64,000 bases of DNA from Squalus acanthias. Lineage: Eukaryota. The stretch is taken from contig CM059431.1 of the NCBI GenBank assembly GCA_030390025.1, positions 132,868,001 through 132,932,000 of the forward strand, in the 5' to 3' direction. The translations under genes and the position numbers were made by a program. Of this stretch, positions 51,285 through 61,556 are shown piece by piece; the first letter of the stretch is position 1, and the number at the start of each line of letters is the position of its first letter. The notes beneath the pieces were generated by a model. It was not told the origin of the DNA, made no database searches, and saw only the letters and a program-made list of their open reading frames with translations.

Positions 51285-52553
51285 TGATGTAGCTTCTACA
51301 GCTTTTTGGGGCAGCATATTCCATGGACCTACCACCCTCTGAGTGAAGTAGTTCCTTCTCATCTCAGTTTTGAAAGAGCAGCCCCTTATTCTAAGACTAT
51401 GCCCCCCTAGTTCTAGTTTCACCCATCATCGGGAACATCCTCCCCGCATCCACCCGATCCAACCCCTTCACAATCTTATATGTTTCAATAAGATCGCCTC
51501 TCATTCTTCTGAACTCCAATGAGTAGAGTCCCAATCTACCCAACTTCTCCTCATATGTCCATCCCCATATCCCCAGGATTAACCGAGTGAACCTTCTTTG
51601 TACAGACTCGAGAGCAAGTATGTCTTTTCTTAAGAAATAACAACAGAAAACGCTAGAAAAACTCAGCAGGCCAGGCAGCATCCGTGGAGAGAGAAAGAGA
51701 GTTAACGTTTCAGGTCGATGACCTTTCAACCAGAGTCTTTTCTTAAGTATGGACACCAAAACTGTATGCAGTATTCCAGGTGCGGTCTCACCAATACCTT
51801 GTACAACTGAAGCAAAACCTCCCTATTTTTATATTCTATCCCCCTAGCAATGAAAGCCAACATTCCATTGGCCTTCTTAATCACTTGCTGCACCTGCATA
51901 CTAACCTTTTGAGTTTCGTGCACCAGGACCCCCAGATCCCTTTGTACTTCAGTACTTTCCAGTTTCTTGCCATTAAGATAATAACTTGCTCTACTATTTT
52001 TCCTGCCAAAGTGCATAACCTCACACTTTCCAGTATTGTATTCCATCTGCCAAATCTCTGCCCACTTACTTAGCCTGTCTATGTCCCCTTGCAGATTTTT
52101 TATGTCCTCCTCACTCACTACTTTCCCTCTCATCTTAGTATCATCTGCAAACTTTGATATGTTACACTCGGTCCCCTCCTCCAAATCGTTAATATAGATT
52201 GTAAAGAGTTGGGGACCCAGCACTGACCCCTGCGGAACACCACTAGTTACTGATTGCCAGTCTGAGAATGAACCATTTATCCCAACTCTCTGCCTTCTGT
52301 TAGATAGCCAATCCTCTATCCATGCCAGAATATTACCCCCAATCCCGTGATTTTTTATCTTAAGCAATAATCTTTTGTGTGGCACCTTGTCAAATGCCTT
52401 TTGGAAGTCTAAATACACCACATCCACTGGTTCCCCTTTATCCACCCTGTATGTTACTTCCTCAAAGAACTCCAGCAAATTTGTCAAACATGACTTCCCC
52501 TTCATAAAACCATGCTGACTTTGTCCTATTAAATTATGATTATCCAAATGTCC
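51285..52553 (-). mobile_element. CR1 LINE ORF2 fragment
   Basis: ORF 51726..52547 RT motifs, continuing in 51397..51634. Confidence 0.95.
51635..51734 (-). mobile_element. Hammerhead-family short retroposed repeat, 13-bp TSD
   Basis: TSD GTCTTTTCTTAAG (51622-51634, 51735-51747); minus strand starts T-CTGGTTGA (mutated core)-A-AGGTC-ATC-GACCT-GAAA-CG-TT-AACTC. Confidence 0.88.
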
Positions 52554-52968
52554 CTGTGCTCGCTAACCTACATTGGTTCCTGATCCAGCAACACCTCAAA
52601 CTTAAAATTCTTATCCTTGTGTTCAACTCCCTCCATAGCCTCACTCCTCCCTATCTCTGTAATCTCCTCCAGCCCTACAATCCTCCAAGATCTCTGCACT
52701 CCTCCAATTATGGCTTCTTGTGTATCCCTGATTTCCATAGGTGGCCGTGCTTTCAGCTGTCTCGGCCCCAAGCACTGGAATTTCCTCCCTAAACATCTCC
52801 GCCTCCCTACTTCTCTTTCCTCCTTTAAGACGCTCCTTAAAACCTACCTACCTGTTCTAATATCTCCTTATGTGGCTCGGTGTCAAATTTTGTTTGGTAA
52901 CGCTCCTGTGAAGCGCCTTGGAATGTTTCACTACGTTAAAGGCACTATATAAATACAAGTTGTTGTTG
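52554..52968 (+). mobile_element. L2 LINE 3' end
   Basis: VLANLHW...LKILILVFNSLHSLTPPYL and GGRAFS...WNFLP..LR...SLSSFKTLLKTYL; tail TATATAAATACAAG(TTG)n. Confidence 0.85.
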
Positions 52969-53802
52969 AGTTTGCTCAGAAATGGCTCAGATTGACAGGT
53001 CTCTACACGCAATCTCTGTTTAGTTTTGACCTTCAAAAAGAGCAAACTATTTTTTAATCAGACAGTAAGCTTATACAGCCATGCTGAATCAAGCACCGTG
53101 TACAAGAGCATTAGTTGAATGGATACTTGAGTTCACGCACTGGAGCGCTGCTGAAGGACTGGCTGTTAATAGAAAAAGCACTGTACTGACAAGCAGCATC
53201 ACTTATTTGTCTGCAAACAAAACCCATCATTTTGAATTGTTGACATTTTAAATATAGTTCTAATAAATCTAATTAGGCAATAATGAACAAGCAGGAGTGT
53301 AATAGGTTGTAATTTAGGTTAGGTAAATTGACTGAAAGATGAGGTCACTAGCCAAGTCCTTAAGTAAAGCTGTGTATGTTCAATTGCAACCCTATATTAA
53401 TGATGCCATTCATTCACTCTTTAAAGAATTTATTTCATATTTTAAGTATTTTTAAACCAAATACTGTGTTACTATATAACCTCCCTCTGCTTGAGGCTGA
53501 CTGATTGAATATATCACCCTCCATTGAGCTTAACTGTCCTTCAATCCAAACAATACCCAGCAATCATTACATTTTAGTATTCAATTGCGTTCTGATTGAA
53601 TTAATGATGTATGGCACGTCCCCTGAACCCGTGATTTGATTTTATCCGACAGTGGCATATTCTAATGTTCAGCAAGTAGAATTGGTCCATTTTTTTGTTC
53701 ACTATCGCTAGTAATCAGTGTCTAATCATATTGTTCAATATTTTTAATATTTATTTTTCTCCTTACAGGTGAGTTTTATCATCAGTTAAAAAAAACTGCT
53801 AT

Positions 53803-53990
53803 GGCCCTGATGGCTCAATTGGTAAATGCACTCCACAATGTGCAGCTGGGCATACAGACCAGGAAGATCCAGGTTTGATCCATTGTCCATGTCGGTGTAA
53901 CTGATATCAGCTGAGGTGGCACTAGGACAGTGGAACTGTAACTCAACATGAGTCATTGCCTTCAGGAGAGGATAGGAGAAAATTGGGGGA
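53803..53990 (+). repeat. tRNA-head SINE fragment
   Basis: A box TGGCTCAATTGG and B box GGTTTGATCC; no cloverleaf. Confidence 0.5.
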
Positions 53991-55906
53991 AAATGAGTGG
54001 ACAAGAAAAGAATAAAAACAAATACACAGATTAACAACACAAACAAATTTTATTTTATTTGCTTTTAAATTTTCCTGCAAAGTGTTAAGATTTATTTGTG
54101 ATGGTAAATTTATCCATTTAGCCTGTGGGCAAATTTTGAGGTTTCCTCTCTGCTGGTTGTCATTATTGACTGTCTGGGTAGATATCATAACAACAAAGTC
54201 ATTCATGTGATATGTTTTGGGATACTTCTGAGACATGGTAAGGTGCTATATAAGTCCTTTTAAATTAAAAAAAATTATAGATATTTTTGTGTTCATGTTG
54301 GTGTTACTTTAGCTTTAAGTTGCTTCTCCTGACCACCTGGTTGAGATCAGGAATCCATTTCTTCAATCATGTGCATGAACCTGTCCTTGTCTCTCTAGTA
54401 ACAGCATGCCCCATACTTGCATCCTATCATTAAATTTATCCATTTCCAGAGGTGTGAATAAAAGTCACATATTTTATGTTTTTTAAATACAGCAATAGAA
54501 CATAATCTATTCCATAGCTCGCTATATTAATCTGTAATTGGATACAGCACTAGAAATAGCCAGTTTTATTTTTTCCAGTATTTTGAAGATCGCATTTTAT
54601 CAAGAAAAGTATTTGTTTTTCTTGGTATGGGAATGAGTCATTCCTGAGTGTCCAAAATCTACAGATTTTCAATTACGGTATGGTGCTTTTTTAAATTCAG
54701 TCTGTGAAGTGAGAGGTGAGCTTTCTGCCTGTCTTTCCCTGAGTCCTCAGACATGGTTGGCCAGCTGCACCTCCTCCAATTTGTACTATTCAGGCTTTGT
54801 GGTACTATGGAATCCCTAGAATCATTTGGTGCTCTGCTTGCCACCATCTCACCCACCTCTGTGGTGCTCAGGTCCAACCCGGCAAGGCCTCCTCCTCAAG
54901 TTGCCTTAGCCCCCTGAACTTATTCAGGTGTGAGGAGCCTTACACCTTGTGCAATTTAATCAGGAACCTCTGCAGCTGTCTGCTCTGGACCAATGAGGTT
55001 GGCTCTGTGCTGTGCCGCCCTGATCTCCTCTACTCTGAGCTACCTGACTATAATCTCCACAGTATTTACATCATCACCTGTTAAACGTTCAAACGGTATG
55101 AACGAATATCATGACCTCTGTATAAGCAGATTTTCTAGCCAAACTCTGGCTACAAGTACTTCTTTGGTCATCCACAGTACCTGAATACGGGCAACTTTAC
55201 CCTCCATTTAATGATAATCCTTCACCGGACCATCATATACTATCGTGAAAGAGCTGCCAGTGTCTTCCAACTCCCTTACAGGCACCCCATTCAGCATGGT
55301 TGGGTGAAGGTAAAGAATCAACTTATTTACATCAGCAGGTGCTGCATGCCCTACCTTATGAGCTGTTTAGTCTCTCGGCTTGTGTCACAGAATTTATATA
55401 AGAGCCCGTTGTGATTTGAGCTGGATAACCACTGCATTGAACAGGTCCTTCCTTTGTTTCTTAAATTTCTACCTGTGCACTTCAGACATTAATTCATAAG
55501 GTCCGAGAATAGAACGCTTTACAATATAATTTATACAGATATACAATTGGCAGGATTGATACGACAGAATGTTACAAGTGTCCTTTTGCTTCTGAGATGG
55601 CTGGCCCAATTATTTTTGCTGTACTTATGAAAACTGGCTAAGAATTCAAACGTCCAATTAAAATATCAGACACATCTTTAAATTTGAAGTAAGATTTGAT
55701 TTATAAAATGCTGGGGCCCAAGTTCTGCAACCCCATTTACTGGACTCACTACTGATGCGTGTTTCTATGCCAGTTCATGAGCATGAGGACAATCTTTCTC
55801 TTTCTGGTTGGCCTCAAATTTACATTATTCCTTTTCTTCCTGTAATCTGCATTCGTCTTATTCTCGCTGTTCTTGTTTATGTCAGTCAGACTCAAATTGA
55901 AACTCT

Positions 55907-56730
55907 GGGGGTGATTTTGCCAATGGAGGCAGGACTGCTGCTTGTCGGGTTTTAGTCCCACCTCCATCAACTTGTGGCCAACCCACGCTATTTCCCCTTG
56001 ATTGACCTTGTTAAGCCCGCCCTGTGGGCTTAGCAAGCCAATTAAGGGGAAGCCGATTACAGAGAACGTCAGCGTATGACGTTTCATCTGTCAAAAATTT
56101 TTGACAGATGAATTGTCATTGATTGACAGCTTTGAGAAGCTGTCAAACACTGACATTCTCTGTTGTTTGGTGAGTTCTTGTACTCAAGGCTCACCAAACC
56201 TCTTTTCTGAGCAGAAAGCAGATGGCTGTTGCATCGGAAAATGCAGCAGCCATTCTGTCATCTCTGCCGTGGAGATGCCGGAGCCTCTGCATCCCCAACG
56301 ATTGGAGCCTGCAGGAAGAAACAAAGGTAAGGAAACTTTTTCGAACACTTTTCACTGACCTCACATACTTACCTCTCCACATTTGCACCCATCACTCACC
56401 TCCACAGCACACTTTTAGACCTCTCCGACCCCCGCAGACCCACTGCTTGCCTCGCTGACCCTGGCGGGGTTTCCCGACGTCAGGAAGCTCGCACCTCTGA
56501 TGGAAAAATGGGGATAATCCTCTTAACTGCCTGTTAACTACCTGTTAACAGGCAGTTAAGTGACTGTAATTCCCTTCCCACCTCCAGGAGACGGGACCCC
56601 GGCGCGGGTCGGGTACCCGCCTCCTGGGAAGATGGCACGGAGGTGGGTTGGGGGCAGGATGGGTACCCGTCCCCAGATTCTGCCATTTTCCCGGCAGTCC
56701 CGCCTCCCCAGGGCTGGGAAAAGCGCCCCC
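55907..56730. mobile_element. Harbinger-type non-autonomous element (family A), 824 bp
   Basis: TIR GGGGG(T/C)G(A/C)TTTT, TCT TSD, reverse-colinear with 2379-3709. Confidence 0.85.
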
Positions 56731-57788
56731 TCTCTCTTCTTCTCTTTCTCTTCGCTCTCTAGCCTCACTCACTGAAGTTCAATTTCTTTAGACTTGGATA
56801 TTTTTTTTAATGTTACTGTTTCTGTTCAGTTTACTTTTAAATTTTAAGGTGGTGAAATTCGAAAAGGCCCAAAAACGGGTGTGGACACCGTGATGCGAGA
56901 TATGCCTGCGCCCGTTCAGAAAACGCAGGCAGCTCGTCAATTTAGTGCTGCCTGCTAATTTACATGACAGGCTGTGCGGTCAGCAGGGGGCCCAAATTCG
57001 CATCGCTGGAGCGAGGCTGCCTTTACTTAAAGCTAGCTTATTCTTTTTCAAGGCAGTCACTAGCCCTTAAAGCTGAACTGACTTCTGAAAAAAAAATAAT
57101 TCAGGACTAGGCAGTCTGCAACTCTGAAAGCTGAATTGCCTTCTGGAAAAGAAATACAAATCCTTCAGAACAACGCAGTCTGCAGCTCTTAAAGCAAACT
57201 GCCTTCTGCAGATAAAAAATGCTAAAAGTGCTTCAGCACTAACACGAATGGCTCAACAGGCCAGGGAAGGGGCACTCAGGGTCTCAGATGCAGCACTTGA
57301 ACTTTGTGCAGGGGTTCCAGAGAGGTCCTGTACCCACAGGGGGCCAGGAGGCCCTCCAGAAAGAAGGATGTGGGACCAGATCGCCGAGGCCATCACTGCC
57401 AGCAGTGTCACCCCCAGGACCTGGCTCCAGTGCCCAAAGAAGATTCATGACCTCAGACGAGTGGTCAAGGTCAGTGAATGCAACTTCAAAAGTTATCTTC
57501 TACCAACTGCACCACTAGCTTCACAAACTGCTCAATGCATGACCCCCGCCCCCAATCACTCACCTACCAACAAACTTTCCCAAAAACGAGGCACACCTCA
57601 CATTCCGAGCTTCACTTCACCCCCTTGGAGGAGACGGTGCTGGCCATTCTTGGCAGGGGCATGGCTGAGTCCTTGGCCAGCGGCAGGGCTGAAAGAATAC
57701 AAGATGCTGGTATCCTCATATGTTATCCTCCTTCTCACATCCTACTTCCCCCTCACCCCACAATATTTTCTGATGTACAAGCTGCACA

Positions 57789-58065
57789 TGGTGATTGGCA
57801 AAAGAACCAAAGGCAACATGAGTAAAAACTTACTTACGCAGCGAACGGTTCGGATCTGGAATGCACTGCCTGAAAGGGTGGTGGAGACAGACTTAATCGT
57901 GGCTTTCAAAAGGGAATTGGATAAGTACCTGAGGGAAAAAAATTTGCAGGGCTATGGGGAATGGGCGGGGGAGTGGGACTAGCTGAAGTGCTCTTGCAGA
58001 GAGCATGTACGGGCTCGATGGGCTGAATGGCCTCCTTCTGCACTGTAACCATTCTATGATTCTAT
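57789..58065 (+). mobile_element. CR1 3' end; the rest of its tail lies at 62240-62257
   Basis: VIGKRTKG..KNLLTQRTVRIWNALP; (ATTCTATG)n on both sides of element F. Confidence 0.92.
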
Positions 58066-60908
58066 GGCCAGAATTTTCTGTACCTGGGTGGGTTGGGTGC
58101 GGATTGTTGGCATGGCGGGTCGCGACCCCATTGCTGCTTCCATCCTGCTGCAGAAAACAACTTTACGATAATGGGGCCTATTAAACCAGCCCTGCGCGTT
58201 ACCCGGCCCAATGAAATGGTGCGGGTCTGATGACATTACCCATGACGCGTTTTCAGCCAGGATATTTAAAGGGGCCATGGCCACATTGCATTTGAAGGTT
58301 CATCTAGGAGTGTGCAAGCAGCACACTGGAGGTTTTCATTGCTCCAAACAGTTGGAGAGATGACTGCACAGAGGCAGAGGGCTGCACCCAGGTTCTCCCA
58401 TGACGCCCTTCATATGTCAGAGCATGCAGAGAGGTCCTCTTCCCTTCTAATGGGCGGAAGAGATCTCCCCAGAGACAAGAAGAGCCTGGCTCCAAATTGC
58501 AGAGGAGGTCAACAGCAGGGATGTGTTCAGGAGGACCTGGGTGCAGTGCCAGAAACGTTTCAATGATCTCATTAAATCTGGAAAGGTGAGTACAAAGCCA
58601 CACTCAACTTCATCCTGCTGTGCCTCTCATCACATCCCCATCACTCTGCCTTCCCAACCCTACTCCTGCACATCGTTACTCACACCAACATACCTTGCAC
58701 GTCCACCCATCCCTCTCTCTCTATCTATATTATCACATCCCCATCTGACTAACCACCCCTCACACTCACACTCATCCTAACACAATCATACCAACTAACA
58801 ACACGCAAGGAGCCCACTTTGGCATTGCTACCCCACTCCATCATAGTCACCCTCTAAAGATGTAACCCATCCATTCCTTACACTCATTCCATCACTCTCA
58901 CTCAAACTTCTCTTCTTTCCCTCCTTGCAGGAAAAGAGAGCCCACAACAACAGGGAGAGGGAGAGAACTGGAGGTGAGCCTCCATCATTTGTGACCCTCA
59001 CTACAGCAGAGGAGGCTGCGTTTGAAGCCTCAGGAGTGGCCGAGCAGCTGGAGGTGGGAGTCGGAGAGGGGGAACATCTCAGCAACCTGGTGACAGAATT
59101 AAATATCATACAGCAACATCAGTCACTCATATGGGGAGTCAACAGCCACTGAATGGTCATCATGTGCATAACGGTATGTGCATCAATTCTTCATATGGTG
59201 TATCTAAATCATCTCTTTACACTCCCACAGGTCCATCAAGAGCCCCACCCACTGTCCAGGAGGAAGAGTAAGATGACTCCTCAGAGGAGCCTCCAGCCTC
59301 TGAGGGCGCACCGTCACCAGACATAAGCGCACCCAGCACCAGCGCAGTTACGCACACCTCGGTGGGTCCAACGTGAGATAGAGTAGTGTTGTCACCTGGT
59401 GTCTCACAAGTCACAAGTGAGCAAGAGTAGATGGCGGAGACAGCGACAGCAGTGGAGACTCCTCGCCGGTGGGCGCAGGACGCTCCCAGCTCTGCTCAGC
59501 TGCATGCAGACGCTGAGACTCGGGGGCCATCCAGAAAGAGGGCGATCCTGGAGGTGCAGCAAGAAGTGGAGGAGGTTTTGACAGGGTTTTGCGACGTGCG
59601 ATGTCTGCAAATGTGCAGAGAATGGAGGAGTCCATCTCCAACATGAGCACCACTGTGTCTCAGGCGATGGCGACTATAGGTTTTCCCAGGATGGCCACCT
59701 GTATGGAGCAGCTAATGTGCCACTCACAGGAGCACATGGCCTCTATGGAGAATAGATGGCAGAGGCTCATAGACCTCCTCTCTAGGAGGGATGTCAATGT
59801 AGATGTGGGTCCTCATGGCCCCACTGCTGTGCAGCAAGGTGCCCTCCAGCTCCTTGCTAGCAGGGAAGTGTGGGTGGCCCATGAGAGGGATGACGGTGAG
59901 AGGGGAGATGGAAGTGTGGGCTCCTCTCAAAGCACTTACACTGCTCCTTCGTTGTCACCCCCTCAGTCAGAGCCCCAGATGGCTCCTCAGATCGCGATGG
60001 CCGAGTCTGCCCCTGCACAGTCGCAGGAGGAACAGACTTTGGTGGGGTCATCACAGGCTCCAGAACCCAGAGGACATCCACCAACAATGTCTAAGCAGTC
60101 GCAGCAGTGAAGTGAGCAGGCTGCCTCTACCTCTGCTGACTCCATAGGGGTAGCACCTCATAGAAGCACACGGAAGAGAAAGATGACACACAAGTATATT
60201 CACAAGGGTAGCCACTTGGGTGTTTTAGTCAATGTTAATGGCAAGTTTCCATTAATGTACTGTCAACCATTAAAATCTTTATTTTCACCACTTTCCCATC
60301 TTGGACACATTTGTGTGCACCTTTGGAAGTGGCTTAGTGAGTTGCAGTGAATGGTGAGACATAACGGTACCTCCCGCAATGGTGAATGGATTGGTCATTG
60401 TGGGGATGGTTTATGGTGTTGCTGTGGGGTGGTGCCAACCTGCCACAGCATGTGGGAGCCATATGGGCATACAGCATAAAGTTAAGTAAATCTGGCCATG
60501 ATGAGGCCATCTCTGGCCTCCCAGGCAGCAATGTGCTCGGGTCCTGATGCTCTCTGTCCTGTGCAGCATCAGGTGATTGCGGAGAAGTTTGGTGTTGTTG
60601 TTGGTGCTGCTGGTGTGCCTGGTGCTGCTGGTGTTGGGGCTCATCGTGGTCATATTCTGAGGACCAAGGTGAGACAGTATAAACGGCACCCATGCTGATA
60701 GAATAGATGGCAGGTCAATGGTGAGAGAGTTCTTCCAATGAGGTGACACTGGATGGAGACTTTGCTGGAAACACTTGCAGCCTGCAGAAAGTTAAATCTG
60801 CACTGGCAATATAGTCAGCATGATGCGGAGATGCCGGTGTTGGACTGGGGTGGACAAAATTGAGAGGTCGCACAACACCAGGTTATAGTCCAACAGTTTT
60901 ATTTGAAA

Positions 60909-60950
60909 TCACAAGCTTTCGGAGCTATCGATTGCTCCTTCCTCAGGTGA
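60909..60950 (-). ncRNA. Minimal type-I hammerhead ribozyme motif in the Penelope 3' end
   Basis: Exact reverse complement of 50222-50263, on the same strand as the GIY-YIG ORF. Confidence 0.8.
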
Positions 60951-61280
60951 AGCAAATTAGATACAGAATCGCCAAAGCATATATAGATAGAAAACAAAGC
61001 ATGTGTACCTTACAATTGCAGACCACTAAATTAAATCATCCTGACTATCTGCCGAGGTGTGATAAAGTTAATTAAGTCAGCCAGGAAGGTACCACATCAA
61101 AGACATAGCAAGATACAACTGAGACAATGAGGTGTAGTCGCAGGGGTTCTAACGTGTCAAAAGCTGCCGTCTGTATGTAAAACGAAAAGCTTTAAAATTT
61201 TTACTTTTTTACTGGGAAAATTTTTACTTTTTTACTGGGAATCACATCTGTGAACAAGCTAACGACGACTCGAGTCCGGA

Positions 61281-61556
61281 TCACGTCATGTATCGTGACA
61301 TAAACCCAAGATCCCGATTGAGACCGTCTTCATGAGTGCGGAACTTGGCTATCAGTTTCTGCTCGATGATTTTGCGTTGTCGTGTGTTTCTAAGGTTGCC
61401 TTGGAGAACGCTTACCCGCAGATCCGAGGCTGAATGTCCTTGACTGCTGAAGTGTTCCCCGACTGGGAGGTAACAATCCTGCCTGGCGATTGTTGCGCGG
61501 TGCTCATTCATACGTTGTCTCAGTGTCTGCATGGTCTCGCCGATGTACCATGCCAT
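61281..61556 (-). pseudogene. 5'-truncated Penelope GIY-YIG endonuclease domain
   Basis: YIGET.QTLRQRMNEHR...PVGEHF...H...DL...EQKLIAKFRT...GLN, typical of Penelope/Poseidon endonucleases. Confidence 0.9.

Noticed and set aside
53803..53885. tRNA gene
   Set aside because: A and B boxes are present but there is no cloverleaf; it is a SINE head.
54680..55420. Possible ancient retroelement or exon remnant
   Set aside because: Composition is suggestive but I could not recognise any motif.
57248..57982. 244-aa Myb-RT fusion protein
   Set aside because: Chance read-through from a decayed Harbinger exon across intron sequence into an inserted CR1 end.
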